62,008 bases of DNA, from positions 1 to 62,008 of IMG/VR virus record IMGVR_UViG_3300043419_000785; one strand, given 5' to 3'. The stretch comes from a virus. Its lineage: Duplodnaviria > Caudoviricetes. Below, piece after piece: positions 20,317 through 30,761 of this stretch. Numbering within the stretch: position 1 is the first letter of the stretch; each line of letters starts with the position of its first letter. The translations under genes and the position numbers were made by a program. The notes beneath the pieces were generated by a model that saw nothing but the letters and a program-made list of their open reading frames with translations, was not told the origin of the DNA and did no database searches.

Positions 20317-21132
20317 TTAGGAGTCTTTAGATATTCCTAGCAGTTGCGTTAGAGTTGACAGTCCTCTTTGTGCAGATGGTGCCTGTACCGCTGGTGCGGG
20401 AGTTCTACCACTGTTCATTGGTGTGACTGCTCCACCCTTGTTCAACCTGTTCGTTAAATCTGGGAGTAAAGCTTGCGCAGTTGCTTTGACGATGTTGTGT
20501 ACCTGTTGTGCAGCTTGGGCAGGATTGACTCCTGACTGCACTAGGCTCGCAACTAAGTCTGGCGACCGCTTTGCCAGAGGATACTGATCGATTGCTTCAG
20601 TCATCTGCTTATCAAGCATATACTGTTGCACTTCGCTCATCTGTCGTTCATAACGAAGACGAGTGATTTCAGCTTCCTGCTGAGCGTACGCGCTCTGCGC
20701 ATCAATGAGATTTGCTTCCGAAAGCCGCTCGTAGCGATCTCTGATTTCCTGTTCTTGCATTTGAACTTGTTGTTCAGCAAGAGCCTTCTGGACATCAGCC
20801 GCGCTATTAAAGCCTTGGTTGCGCAACTCATCGATAACACCTTGCCACTGACTTAATTCAGTCGATGTGGATTCGGCTTGCTTTGCGCGTTCATTGACCT
20901 CACGGAACCGCTCGTACGGGACATTACCGGGCTTGTCACCTTCCAGGCCAAGCAACTCGTTAATGACGTCATCCGCACTTGCATTGCTGACTGTATCTGC
21001 GTTTAACGCCCCTGTCGCATCACCTTCAGAACCGGCGGCGTCCTGAATGAATTCAGCAAAAGCTCCACTAAGGTTGGAGTCAGACGCTCCCGCTGGTGAA
21101 TCGGGAGTTGGTGTCACCATCTCGTCAGACAT
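20317..21132 (-). CDS. Capsid scaffolding protein
   Basis: Acidic N-terminus, VPYERFREVNE motif, coiled coil; between portal and capsid genes. Confidence 0.8.
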   Translation of the reverse strand: MSDEMVTPTPDSPAGASDSNLSGAFAEFIQDAAGSEGDATGALNADTVSNASADDVINELLGLEGDKPGNVPYERFREVNERAKQAESTSTELSQWQGVIDELRNQGFNSAADVQKALAEQQVQMQEQEIRDRYERLSEANLIDAQSAYAQQEAEITRLRYERQMSEVQQYMLDKQMTEAIDQYPLAKRSPDLVASLVQSGVNPAQAAQQVHNIVKATAQALLPDLTNRLNKGGAVTPMNSGRTPAPAVQAPSAQRGLSTLTQLLGISKDS

Positions 21133-21163
21133 TAGTTGTTTTCCTCACTTTACCACAACAGTT

Positions 21164-23389
21164 TTATTTTTTACTTGCAGATTGCGGCTTCTGCTTTCCT
21201 CCGGGCGTAGAAGACTCTTTTGGTTCCGGAGAAATTGCTTGCATTGCCATGGCATGATTTAGATCTGCAATCTTTTGTGCAGCATATTCTTCTTGCTTCG
21301 CTTGGCTCTGCATTTGTAGTTTTTGTTGTTCCATCTGTGCTTTTTGCTCAGCCAGTGCGGATTGTTTTTGAGCATCCAATTCGGCTCGATGACCTTCGGC
21401 TTCCGGGTCATATTGTTGCCCTCGTCCTTGTTGCTGTGCCATCATCTGTTGCTGTTGCATTTCCATCATCTGCTGTTGCATTTGCTGTTGTTTCTCAGCC
21501 TGACGCGCGAGATGATCAAGGATTTCACCAGTCTCTGGTAACTGCAACATCTTTACGACGAGTGCGTTAGTTTCTGGGTCGGCTGGGTCACCAAACAGAC
21601 CCATCTGGCGTAATGCCGCAATCTTCTGCAACTTCTGGTCTGGACTGTCTTCTTGAGACGACCCAGCGACATAGACGACCTTATACATGCCACCTTCACG
21701 GATAGCCTGGAAGTCAACGATGCCTTGCTGTGCAGGACTCTTGCTGTTAATCTGGTCGTCAACACTACCTACAAATGGTGCTGGAGCAAACTCTTTGACA
21801 AGAGCAATCTCCCATTCTTTAATCTTGGCGATACTGATTTCGATGTCAGCCCGGATGTACGAATGCTGTGTGTTGTCCGCACGTTGCAACAGCTTGACTG
21901 ATTCAGCCGGCGTGCCGGCTTGTGCTTGCCCTTGACTGACATCGTGTAGTCCAGCGATGTCCATCATATCTTTCTCAACTGTTTGCATAAAAGGGAACAG
22001 GTCTCCACTTATGCCGGGAGCACGCATGACTTGCGGAGGATGTGTCCCTCGATTAAAGTAGACCTTGCGATAGGTGCGGTTCTTGTCTTCAATCTCGTCG
22101 CTAGTGTTGTTGAACGCATCAGCACCAATGTTGCTGTTACGTTCGACCATCACGTAGTCCTTAGTTGTCTCAAATTGCTCTACAGCCCGAGAGTAAAGCC
22201 GATTGTACGTCAACTGCAATGGGCAGAGGTCAAAGCCAAGGCTGTGCCCGTATGGGGTTCCGCTACGTGGTTGCCATCGCAATGGCACGAATGGAAAGTC
22301 GTCTTTCTTTTCGTACGGCCATTCCGCTGCATAAAGCAATGCGCTGTTTGTACTGACGATAAATCGACCGTTTGGATACTGCTCGCTTGGCTTTTCCCAA
22401 TACTCGTATACGACGGCGGCTTTACGCTTATGGTCAGCGTTGTTTAGTCGTGCTGTCGACGGTTGCACCCATCCATAGCCCGTATTCCCCAACCCTTCCA
22501 AGTATGCATCAACATAACCCGCATTATCTCCAACAATAGCATCGGGGACTACTTTCTTACCTGCATCACCATAGTTGTCTACAAACCAAGATAGAGGGCG
22601 AATAGACGCATGGATAAGCCATCTGACTTGTTCATCCACCTGCGCTGTTGGGTCTAAGTAAATGTTGAAGCACGGAATAATCTGCTCTTCTACATCACCT
22701 ATCGCCATTGACTTAAAGCCTGTGACAGAACCATCCATGATTGAAAATTCAGGAACCACTTGTTCTGCTTTAGCATTCCACCAAACCTTTACATATGATG
22801 TGCCTGTGACACATGCCCAGCGCACACGTTCTTTTGTTTGCGTCTCTCGTCCAAACTTCCTAGTAAAGTGCCCGGCGATGAAGTTTGCTTCTTCACTAGC
22901 CTTCTGGTCAAACTCGCTATAGGACAATGGCACTGCGCGCGCGTCAGGAGCACACTGAGTCAACTTGCCAACAACTCCATCAATAAGTGGTCGCATCTTA
23001 TTGACAGTGACATACCTTGCCCCTTCGTTTGGGTTTTGTAGATTGACAAGGTTGCGTGTTTGGCTGTTAATGCGAAACCACTGACGCCCCTCGAAAAACG
23101 CCAGTGCTTGCGTCCACTCAAGTTCCATCTCTAGTCTCGATGTGTACGCTATATCAAACTGCTTCTTTACAAAGGCTATGACCTTCAGTGCTTCTTCTTT
23201 GTCCGCCTCTGGACTAACTCGCCATTCTGCCTTAGCGTGATCGAGCGACAGGTCATCTGACTTATTCAGTAATAAGTTCTCAACATCAAAACTGCCAGGG
23301 TTACCTTTACCTGTTGGTGCTTGCAACGCTGTAACTTTTGGCTGTTGCGTGCGTTGAATTGCCGCTTGCAATATCTCACGTATATCCAT
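21164..23389 (-). CDS. Portal protein (P22-like, with Gln-rich C-terminal barrel)
   Basis: 741 aa; F.EGRQW and VNKMRP..D motifs; Q-rich C-terminus; follows terminase. Confidence 0.85.
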   Translation of the reverse strand: MDIREILQAAIQRTQQPKVTALQAPTGKGNPGSFDVENLLLNKSDDLSLDHAKAEWRVSPEADKEEALKVIAFVKKQFDIAYTSRLEMELEWTQALAFFEGRQWFRINSQTRNLVNLQNPNEGARYVTVNKMRPLIDGVVGKLTQCAPDARAVPLSYSEFDQKASEEANFIAGHFTRKFGRETQTKERVRWACVTGTSYVKVWWNAKAEQVVPEFSIMDGSVTGFKSMAIGDVEEQIIPCFNIYLDPTAQVDEQVRWLIHASIRPLSWFVDNYGDAGKKVVPDAIVGDNAGYVDAYLEGLGNTGYGWVQPSTARLNNADHKRKAAVVYEYWEKPSEQYPNGRFIVSTNSALLYAAEWPYEKKDDFPFVPLRWQPRSGTPYGHSLGFDLCPLQLTYNRLYSRAVEQFETTKDYVMVERNSNIGADAFNNTSDEIEDKNRTYRKVYFNRGTHPPQVMRAPGISGDLFPFMQTVEKDMMDIAGLHDVSQGQAQAGTPAESVKLLQRADNTQHSYIRADIEISIAKIKEWEIALVKEFAPAPFVGSVDDQINSKSPAQQGIVDFQAIREGGMYKVVYVAGSSQEDSPDQKLQKIAALRQMGLFGDPADPETNALVVKMLQLPETGEILDHLARQAEKQQQMQQQMMEMQQQQMMAQQQGRGQQYDPEAEGHRAELDAQKQSALAEQKAQMEQQKLQMQSQAKQEEYAAQKIADLNHAMAMQAISPEPKESSTPGGKQKPQSASKK

Positions 23390-23517
23390 TACAAATACCT
23401 ATTTTCCTTGTAGTACCAGGGCGTCTTTATCAACGACTTTAGATACAAGTATATTGTAAATTGCAATGCGACAGACCCTGCCAGCAATATACACGCAATG
23501 CACGCAAGCACCATCAT
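23389..23517 (-). CDS. Small membrane protein (42 aa, MMVLACIACILLAG...)
   Basis: Fills the terL-portal gap, overlapping both; one hydrophobic helix; below the ORF-track cutoff. Confidence 0.55.
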   Translation of the reverse strand: MMVLACIACILLAGSVALQFTIYLYLKSLIKTPWYYKENRYL

Positions 23518-25247
23518 AGATAGTCCTCGTTCTTCTTTTCTTGTAACCAGTGTGGTCTAGTCGCAGGGTTAATAGAGACTTCATCGCATCGCACCGGATA
23601 CTCTCGCCACATGACTCCATAACGACATGAATCCAAAGCGTGGTCGCTCTTGGTGCCATTGTCTAGGTCTTCCGGATCTTTCGGGTCTGACATCGCCGCT
23701 TCCAACTCTCTTATAAGGTTTGGACAACTATTACGCAGAATACGGAACCTGGGTGTAACAACACCTTCGGTCATACGTGTAGCCGCAAGCCATTCCTTAA
23801 GTCGGCGCCATCCAGCCTTACGGTCTTTGACAGCACGTACTGCCGGCAACCCCTTACGCCACCAGACTTCAACTGGGTATTCACCAATGCGTTGATCGTA
23901 TTTCTCCGGCGGGAATGTGTTTCCCCAGTCAAAAGCAATAGCCTCTAACTTTGTATTCCATTGTCCGCCAGGGATATCTTTATCCACAGGAGCGGCCATT
24001 TCTCTAGCTTGCAATAGTTCCAGTGCGGCATCGGCTTGTTGACTAGATACCATTCCATTCTTATAAACTTCACCAATGACATATATGTTCTCCACATCGT
24101 CAGAAGCAAACAACAAAAATGCAGCAGGACTGTTTGTACCAAAGTCGTGACTAGCCCATACGCGCCACCACGGTTTTACGTCAACCACATCAACAACATG
24201 CCAAGGATTACCTTTTTCATCATGCTGTTTAAACTCAGGGAAGAATCTTCCGCCAACACCAACATCATGCTGGCACTCCCGCAAGAATGAAATTAAGCCA
24301 TAGTCGTCAATTTCGCGCTGACAGACTTCCAGCGACTTATGTTCCCATGATGCCGTTCCGCCAGTAATCTTGTAACCCATACGCCCATCTTCTTTTTCGA
24401 TTGGCTCATATCGAAGATCGATGACCGCAGGAACAATTGGCGACTGGATTCTGTTTTGAAGCATATCCAATTCACCAGATATGACTTGGCTCATGACAGA
24501 GTTTGCATGGATTCTGTTCTGCACAAATACGATTGCACAGTCGTTTGACTTAGCTGGCAAGATTGTTTGTGTTATAGTCGCTATCTTTTTATCCACTCTA
24601 GTAACACTGTCATCAAGTTCGTCAATGTCGTCCAAAATGATGAAATCAGGTCGTAGATGATCCAACTTAACCCCACGAGCACCAGTATCCAAACCAAAAG
24701 CCAATACGTTAAAACCATTAGCAGTGCGCAACTTGCTTGCATTCCAGCCTTTACTAAAGCCATATCGGTTCATAGCCCTTTCAATGCCACATCGCTCCAT
24801 AGTAGTTGCAATGTCGGTTACGTGCCGGTCTGCTGCTTCTTGCGTTGAACAAACATACAAAAGGAATCGTCTAGAACCTCTGACTGCAATACGTGCAGAG
24901 ATAAGTTCCATTGTTGTACTCTTGCCGCCACCACGGAACCAGCATTCGATAAGTGCGGGTGGTGGCTCACCCTGAACAATATTTTCCGCCCATTCCCATG
25001 CGCGTTTATGATGCTCGCCAAGCTTAGAACTGGCTGCGTGCGGGGCGTATGTTTTCAGCCACTTTTGATAATCTAGTTCTGCTCCGTTAATGGAATACGC
25101 CCTCCCGCTGTTGTAGTCACCAGTGTCGATAATGTCTTTAAGCCGTGCATCCATCGCTTCAAGTAGTGCATTTGCCAGTGGCTTATCTGGTCTTGCAAAC
25201 TGTTTAAACCGTTTTGGTGTAAGTTTTTCCAGGTCTCTAAGATTCAT
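23514..25247 (-). CDS. terL: Terminase large subunit
   Basis: Walker A RGGGKST, Walker B FIILDD, nuclease motifs SHDFG and DHALDSCRY. Confidence 0.92.
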   Translation of the reverse strand: MNLRDLEKLTPKRFKQFARPDKPLANALLEAMDARLKDIIDTGDYNSGRAYSINGAELDYQKWLKTYAPHAASSKLGEHHKRAWEWAENIVQGEPPPALIECWFRGGGKSTTMELISARIAVRGSRRFLLYVCSTQEAADRHVTDIATTMERCGIERAMNRYGFSKGWNASKLRTANGFNVLAFGLDTGARGVKLDHLRPDFIILDDIDELDDSVTRVDKKIATITQTILPAKSNDCAIVFVQNRIHANSVMSQVISGELDMLQNRIQSPIVPAVIDLRYEPIEKEDGRMGYKITGGTASWEHKSLEVCQREIDDYGLISFLRECQHDVGVGGRFFPEFKQHDEKGNPWHVVDVVDVKPWWRVWASHDFGTNSPAAFLLFASDDVENIYVIGEVYKNGMVSSQQADAALELLQAREMAAPVDKDIPGGQWNTKLEAIAFDWGNTFPPEKYDQRIGEYPVEVWWRKGLPAVRAVKDRKAGWRRLKEWLAATRMTEGVVTPRFRILRNSCPNLIRELEAAMSDPKDPEDLDNGTKSDHALDSCRYGVMWREYPVRCDEVSINPATRPHWLQEKKNEDYL

Positions 25248-25998
25248 TTACAATCTCCGCATCGACAATGTCGTCATCATCAGACGCTTGATAAACCTTC
25301 AACAACTTTTGAACGCCAGCCCGAATCGCAATCAACTCCTCTGATGACTTGACGTTATCTTTGACAATCTCAAGGACTTGCATTGCCAATGAAAACGCTT
25401 GGTCTATTTCAAGAGTATACGCCTTAGCATGCATCATTCTTTGTTCAGCTTCAACAATACTTACACGTTTATCGATTAATTCAATGACATCGCGGCTTGC
25501 GTCATACATTGTAAGCGTATCGGTAAGTACATCGCCGATTTGCTCAAATGCATCGACAAAGTCAGGACTGCCTAATTTGCTATGGGCTAAACCATATGCA
25601 GCTTGTACTTTCTTGTACTGGTCTATGCCGACGCCTTCGGAAGCGGCTTCCGCGCGCTTGTCCATGATTGCAGTAATAAACGCGGCGTCATCCTTAAGAC
25701 TAAACAAGTCGACGTCTTCACGCAACTCTTCAATACGCTCAAGCAGTTGTTGACCAACAGTACTAAATCGCTTCCTGTTAGTGCTTTGAAGTCCGGTCAC
25801 AAAGTTTGGATGAGCCGGTCCAATAAGAGATTTACCGCCGTGATACTGACAGTAATCTCTGCCTTTCATAGCTCTGGCATTACAGTTCCTTGTAGTGCCA
25901 TCAAGTGCATTATCAATGACTATGCCATTGCACAGTTTTGTTTTTGTTGACCCATTAATCCTATAACGCTTACCGTCGATAACTGTAATCTCTGACAT
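25237..25998 (-). CDS. terS: Terminase small subunit (HGGxSTG-like)
   Basis: C..HGGKS motif; directly upstream of terL. Confidence 0.7.
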   Translation of the reverse strand: MSEITVIDGKRYRINGSTKTKLCNGIVIDNALDGTTRNCNARAMKGRDYCQYHGGKSLIGPAHPNFVTGLQSTNRKRFSTVGQQLLERIEELREDVDLFSLKDDAAFITAIMDKRAEAASEGVGIDQYKKVQAAYGLAHSKLGSPDFVDAFEQIGDVLTDTLTMYDASRDVIELIDKRVSIVEAEQRMMHAKAYTLEIDQAFSLAMQVLEIVKDNVKSSEELIAIRAGVQKLLKVYQASDDDDIVDAEIVNES

Positions 25999-26007
25999 AA
26001 AGTCATA

Positions 26008-26949
26008 TTACCGCCGTCTATCCCAACTGTTGTATCCATAACCTGTCATTTTGCCATCAAGCATTTTAATGGCTTCTACGGTGTTTGCTTTGCTTGAATA
26101 GTCTTTTGGGATTGCACCAGCATCGACACCTGTCCGTAGAATGTCAGCCCCAGTTGCACCATACTTACGCTTTGCGTCTTTAATTCGCTGTTGTATTTGT
26201 TTTTCCGAAAGACCAGTGCGCTTACCATCTCGCACTATGCCAGACGTAATTGCTGACAATTCTGCCGCTCGTTTTTGTGCAAGTTTCCAAACTGAATTAG
26301 CATCGTCCATTCCCGCATTAACGTTTGCATTATGCTGGTATACGCCTTGGTTATACTCTCTGTCATAGTCGTCGTATGCTTCATCTGCACTATGAACTAT
26401 AGGAATATTGTAGCGATCTGGCTTATTTATGCCTGGCAGATTTACGTCTCTTGTAACTACATCGGCAAGCTTACTGACCGCATTCGCTTTTGCTAAAAAC
26501 GGCAATGACCCAGGTATAGGCAGTGATGCCGCATCCATCATTGTCTGTGCCGGCACGTCTAGCACATCGGCCACACTCCGAGTTAACGCAGCATACTTCC
26601 CTTCTGGGTCATATGCTTGATGAAACAAATCACGTGCAGCGTAAGGATCTAGTATTTCTCGTCCTTTTTGGATGGCACCTTCCCACGTATTTTTTGCACG
26701 TGTAATGCCGACGCCTGTTTGTCCGCCAATACCATTTGCCATCATGTCTAAATACGTGCCTGGCATCATGTAATGAATGCCTTGCTCTAATGACTTACTA
26801 GGTGCAAATGTTTGCCCTGCACCCATTGATGCAACGCCTTGCAATCCGGTCATGCCAGCGTTACCAGCAAACTGCCTTGCGGGTTTAGTCGATGTATTAA
26901 CGCGCTGAAGCAAGTTTATTAACTTGCTTAGTTTATTTGCCTGCGGCAT
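26008..26949 (-). CDS. Hypothetical protein (313 aa)
   Basis: Long ORF in the late operon. Confidence 0.7.
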   Translation of the reverse strand: MPQANKLSKLINLLQRVNTSTKPARQFAGNAGMTGLQGVASMGAGQTFAPSKSLEQGIHYMMPGTYLDMMANGIGGQTGVGITRAKNTWEGAIQKGREILDPYAARDLFHQAYDPEGKYAALTRSVADVLDVPAQTMMDAASLPIPGSLPFLAKANAVSKLADVVTRDVNLPGINKPDRYNIPIVHSADEAYDDYDREYNQGVYQHNANVNAGMDDANSVWKLAQKRAAELSAITSGIVRDGKRTGLSEKQIQQRIKDAKRKYGATGADILRTGVDAGAIPKDYSSKANTVEAIKMLDGKMTGYGYNSWDRRR

Positions 26950-28189
26950 TGTATTTTAACCATATTCGCGCGTTTGACGACATGCTCGCTCCTGATTGAG
27001 CAAGTTCTTTGATTCGCGCCAGTTTTTGACTTGCCGATACATTAGCGTACTTAGCATCAAGATGGTCAATAATCATTTGATCAACTTCGCCTATTGGTTT
27101 CGTATTTGCATTTGCTGTGGGCTGAGGTGATTGTTGGTTAACAACATCTTCGACCATTTTGTCTGCAGCGTAATTGTCAGCAACACCTTTCAATACACCT
27201 CCAGCAACTACTGCTCCAGTGCTTATTTTTGCACCAATTGGAGCACGCGCGACCCCACGAACAATGTTGCGTCCGGCTGCTTTTACTGCTGTCATGCCTG
27301 TGCCCGGCACGCGCAACCGACCTGCTTTGCGCAAATCCTTAATTGCTGTCCTGTATGCAGCCGTGCGTTCTGGTAATGTTTCTGGTCCTACAAAGTTATT
27401 ACTCTGTGTTGCAGGTAAAGGTTGTGCAACAGGTGGTGCCTCGGGTGCAACGCCTACCATTGGTGGTGTCATACGCAATCCCTTTACAGCAGATGGATGC
27501 CCTTGCGGTAGCCGTTGAGCAATTTCATTCATTGACATTCGCTGCGTAGGTTCTGTAAATCCTTCATTTGTAATAAGTGAGGATGTTGGAGCAGTTGACC
27601 CCATTGCACCTTGCTTCAATGCAGATTGGTTGACACCTTCTCCTACAAAATTCCAACTTTTATTACCTCTGTTAATTCGTGGGATTAACCCCCCGGATGC
27701 AACATGCTCTTGTGCTACGGTTGCTAACCCTTGTTTTCGTCCGACACGGTCTTGTGCCTGAGTAAGCACTGACTGTTGCACCGGCACAACTAGTTGATTA
27801 ATAGCTTCTCGTAATTGCAAGCCACCTTGGTTTTTTGGTAGTTTTGCTGTAATCCCGTGAACGGGATCCATAATAATCTGCCCAAGCGTTTTTTCCACGC
27901 CGTTGATTTTTACAGGCAATTCGTGCAATGGCATCGCCGGGTCAAAGGTAGCAGTGTCCATTCCAGTCAGCCTTTTAACAGCAGCCTTTTGCTGAGGATT
28001 AAGTTGCTCAATAGTGTATTTGTCAAATTGCCCGGCAACACGAGCCATATATCGTCTATCGAGTTTTTTGTTTGTGTTAAGGGCATTACTAATTAACGAT
28101 CCACCACCAGCAACTGTTCCAATTAGTGACGCACCTCCACCTATCATGCCAAGTAAACCCGCTAATTCTTGTTTCTTTTTTTCATCCAT
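26933..28189 (-). CDS. Hypothetical protein (418 aa), possibly internal virion protein
   Basis: Long ORF with Gly-rich hydrophobic segments. Confidence 0.7.
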   Translation of the reverse strand: MDEKKKQELAGLLGMIGGGASLIGTVAGGGSLISNALNTNKKLDRRYMARVAGQFDKYTIEQLNPQQKAAVKRLTGMDTATFDPAMPLHELPVKINGVEKTLGQIIMDPVHGITAKLPKNQGGLQLREAINQLVVPVQQSVLTQAQDRVGRKQGLATVAQEHVASGGLIPRINRGNKSWNFVGEGVNQSALKQGAMGSTAPTSSLITNEGFTEPTQRMSMNEIAQRLPQGHPSAVKGLRMTPPMVGVAPEAPPVAQPLPATQSNNFVGPETLPERTAAYRTAIKDLRKAGRLRVPGTGMTAVKAAGRNIVRGVARAPIGAKISTGAVVAGGVLKGVADNYAADKMVEDVVNQQSPQPTANANTKPIGEVDQMIIDHLDAKYANVSASQKLARIKELAQSGASMSSNARIWLKYNAAGK

Positions 28190-28190
28190 A

Positions 28191-28400
28191 TTAGCCTCGG
28201 AATCTGGTCTGTCTGGCTTGGGCGTTCATCAAATTGTTAATACCGCGCCCAGTACCATTCTGGGCACGCGCTTGCATCAGCCTAGAAAGCCCACGCATAG
28301 GCATATGCATTGGCATAGAGTTGTTTGGCATAACTGCCTTAATCTCTTCTTTGGTAGGCGTCGCTTTGCCTGTTCTTGGTTTACTGGACACGGTTTCCAT
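28191..28400 (-). CDS. Small basic Met-rich protein
   Basis: Coupled ORF; K/R/M-rich. Confidence 0.6.
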   Translation of the reverse strand: METVSSKPRTGKATPTKEEIKAVMPNNSMPMHMPMRGLSRLMQARAQNGTGRGINNLMNAQARQTRFRG

Positions 28401-28555
28401 TACTTACCTCGCTTGGCACCCATGACTGACATCATGCCTTTGCCTTTGCCTTGTGACGAAGGCTTCATACTCTTCTTGTCCATAGGCTTTTGCTTGCCAT
28501 TACACTTCATGCACGCCCCACCATACATAGGGCTGCCACAACCTTTACATGTCAT
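28400..28555 (-). CDS. Small basic protein with two CxxC motifs (51 aa)
   Basis: MTCKGCGSPMYGGACMKC...; TAATG overlaps with both neighbours. Confidence 0.6.
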   Translation of the reverse strand: MTCKGCGSPMYGGACMKCNGKQKPMDKKSMKPSSQGKGKGMMSVMGAKRGK

Positions 28556-28767
28556 TATCTTACTTCCTTACCTGACCTATGCTCTTTTGCTTCAATCTTT
28601 AGCATCTGTGCATACGTCGGTGCTCTTTTCAACCGGTGCTCTTTTTTCTCAATCTGTGAAAGCTCTTTTGTTGTTGGAGTTTTCTTGAGACCATGTTCCG
28701 ATACTTCCCGAGCAAAAAACTTTACTCTGGAAAGATGGTTCATGTGTTTGTCCATCTGGTTGACCAT
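28555..28767 (-). CDS. Small basic protein
   Basis: Internal repeat LK..PT...L..IE.KEH. Confidence 0.6.
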   Translation of the reverse strand: MVNQMDKHMNHLSRVKFFAREVSEHGLKKTPTTKELSQIEKKEHRLKRAPTYAQMLKIEAKEHRSGKEVR

Positions 28768-28771
28768 GATG

Positions 28772-29176
28772 TTACTTAGGTTTCGTTACCGGTTTCGCGC
28801 CGTCAGCCATCATCGCTTTAGTCACTGGTGCTTGGTAAGTAGACTTTGGTGCCTTTGCCCCAGTACTGGTTGTCTGACGTCCTGCCACTTTGCCACGATT
28901 GAATGCGTCGAACTTAGCGTTCTCTGCCATGTTCTTGTCGTATGCACCCTTAATAGCCATTGCAGAACCAACCAACGTTGCTCCAATACCTACGCCTTGT
29001 GAGCGACCACGGCTTTGAGTTCGAGCATGTGCTGCACGTCCTGGTGCCACAGCTTGTTGCGCTGCAGTCATTGGCCGACGTGACCCAGGTACAGATGTCC
29101 CACGTGCGGCATCCGAACGATTTATTCCGCGCTCACCACCGGGGTTTGCACTTTTAGGTGTAGTATCTCGTCGCAT
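28772..29176 (-). CDS. Basic low-complexity protein (134 aa)
   Basis: R/K/A/G-rich; GAAAGGA Shine-Dalgarno upstream. Confidence 0.6.
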   Translation of the reverse strand: MRRDTTPKSANPGGERGINRSDAARGTSVPGSRRPMTAAQQAVAPGRAAHARTQSRGRSQGVGIGATLVGSAMAIKGAYDKNMAENAKFDAFNRGKVAGRQTTSTGAKAPKSTYQAPVTKAMMADGAKPVTKPK

Positions 29177-29211
29177 TGTATGTTTTTCCTTTCACCCGTT
29201 AATGCCACGGG

Positions 29212-29388
29212 TTAGCACTTCTTTGATTTACCTTTGCCATACTCGGCAGCTTCGTGCTTCTTCATAGCACTAGGGGACAAGCCCTTCTTGCTATACTCTT
29301 TCTTTTCCATCTTTTGCATAGGCTTGCTCATGCCACTGTGTGCACCAGACTTAATGCCCATCATCTCCGACATAGATTGCTTTCTCAT
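29212..29388 (-). CDS. Small Lys/Met-rich basic protein (58 aa)
   Basis: ATG overlaps the upstream stop; KKHEAAEY motif. Confidence 0.6.
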   Translation of the reverse strand: MRKQSMSEMMGIKSGAHSGMSKPMQKMEKKEYSKKGLSPSAMKKHEAAEYGKGKSKKC

Positions 29389-29636
29389 TAACAGTCCCAC
29401 GCTCTTAGTGATTTATTGATACGGCTATTTGGGTCACGTGCTGTTTTAGCAGACGTGTTAGCCTTCTTCATGCCTTCCATGCGTGCACAGAACGACTTGC
29501 GCCGTGCAGCATCTTTTGCTGTCTTTGGGTTTGGTGCTGGTGGCTTCAAGTTGGCACCAGTGGTCTTTTTGAAATGGGCACGTCCTGCCGCATTCAAACC
29601 ACCCGCAGGATTCTGGTATTTTTTGACGACTCCCAT
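29388..29636 (-). CDS. DUF6321-like basic phage protein
   Basis: GGLNA.GR...RRKSFCARM...NSRINKSLRAW.C signature; GAGGT Shine-Dalgarno. Confidence 0.75.
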   Translation of the reverse strand: MGVVKKYQNPAGGLNAAGRAHFKKTTGANLKPPAPNPKTAKDAARRKSFCARMEGMKKANTSAKTARDPNSRINKSLRAWDC

Positions 29637-29655
29637 TTTGACCTCGTAAGTAGGT

Positions 29656-29664
29656 ATGCTATAA
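29656..29664 (+). promoter_or_regulatory. Extended -10 element TGCTATAAT
   Basis: Matches TGnTATAAT; upstream of the LuxR-type gene in a divergent intergenic region. Confidence 0.5.
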
Positions 29665-29708
29665 TCTCCGATTAAACACATCTGGATTGTACATTACAGG
29701 AGCATTAT

Positions 29709-30008
29709 ATGGAAGAATCCCGTGAAGGCATGTACTTTGACGGCTTCACATGGCGTTCACATGATGAAACCCCTGCTGAGCGTGAGACACGTACGGACGT
29801 AGTCTACGACTTATCAGATCGAGAACGTGAAGTTCTAGGCATGATGCCTAGCAAGATGACTGCTAAGCAAATGGCTGCTTCCTTGGGGATTAGCCATAGG
29901 ACTGTTCAGTTCCACATGGACTCACTGTATTGGAAACTTGGATGCAGTGGTCGTGACGCTCGAACGCAAGCGTGTAACAAGGGGCGTAAATTAGGATATA
30001 TTAAATAG
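29709..30008 (+). CDS. LuxR/GerE-type HTH regulator
   Basis: LSDREREVL...AKQMA..LGIS.RTV.FH...LY.KLG. Confidence 0.85.
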   Translation: MEESREGMYFDGFTWRSHDETPAERETRTDVVYDLSDREREVLGMMPSKMTAKQMAASLGISHRTVQFHMDSLYWKLGCSGRDARTQACNKGRKLGYIK

Positions 30009-30067
30009 GTACGACTTAAACGGAAAGACTAAGGACTCCTGTTTATGCAGCAGGAGTCCTTTTTGTT

Positions 30068-30460
30068 TTACGCAAACGGGTCTTCGATGTCGTCTGTTTG
30101 GATTGATGCCTGTGACGCACCACTTGGTTGTTGCGAAGCATCGCCCGAGCGTTCCTTGTACTCAAGAGGTGTCAGTTTATCCACCAAGATTTCAACTACC
30201 TTACGGTTTGTTCCATCCTTGGCTTGGTACTGCCGCATCTTCAGACTGCCAACGATGCCAACGAGCTGTCCCTTTTGAAGGTAGGTACATGCAAAGTCAG
30301 CATTCTTGCCGAAACATACAGCGTCAAAGAAGTCGGTTTCCTTCTCCCTCCCTTTTCGGTCTACAGCAATATTGAGTTTTGCTACGGCGGTAGCACCTGT
30401 TGTTTGTTTGTGTTCAGGAGCCGCACATAGTCTTCCGGTGAGTGTGACACAGTTAATCAT
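30068..30460 (-). CDS. ssb: Single-stranded DNA-binding protein
   Basis: IN.VTLTGRL, ETDFF, YLQKG.LVGI.G.L; acidic DDIEDPF tail. Confidence 0.95.
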   Translation of the reverse strand: MINCVTLTGRLCAAPEHKQTTGATAVAKLNIAVDRKGREKETDFFDAVCFGKNADFACTYLQKGQLVGIVGSLKMRQYQAKDGTNRKVVEILVDKLTPLEYKERSGDASQQPSGASQASIQTDDIEDPFA

Positions 30461-30761
30461 TTATCAGTTGGTCTTCTTTTGCCAGTGAATCAAGATGCGT
30501 TACGACGTATCGACAGACTGTATCTGTCTGCGTTCGACGCAACTCCAATGCAACGAATAGCCCTTGCATATAGTTCGGTTCCATTCCGAGCACTTCCGCA
30601 ATCTTCGGAACCATTGTCGCAATCGGCATACGCTTTCCGCTGAGCCATAGAGAAGCTGTTGATTCGTCAACTCCTACTTGCTCTGCAAACATACGTTGCG
30701 TCAAATTAGCCTTGTCGCACAAGTGGTGAAGCCTTGTGCGTTTTACGTGTGGTCTTGCCAT
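30453..30761 (-). CDS. XRE/Cro-family HTH regulator
   Basis: LTQRMFAEQVGV..ST.SLW.SGKR.P. Confidence 0.85.
   Translation of the reverse strand: MARPHVKRTRLHHLCDKANLTQRMFAEQVGVDESTASLWLSGKRMPIATMVPKIAEVLGMEPNYMQGLFVALELRRTQTDTVCRYVVTHLDSLAKEDQLIND

Noticed and set aside
23399-23659. 86-aa ORF between terL and portal
   Set aside because: Overlaps terL extensively; the 42-aa ORF 23389-23517 fits the gap with coupled ends.
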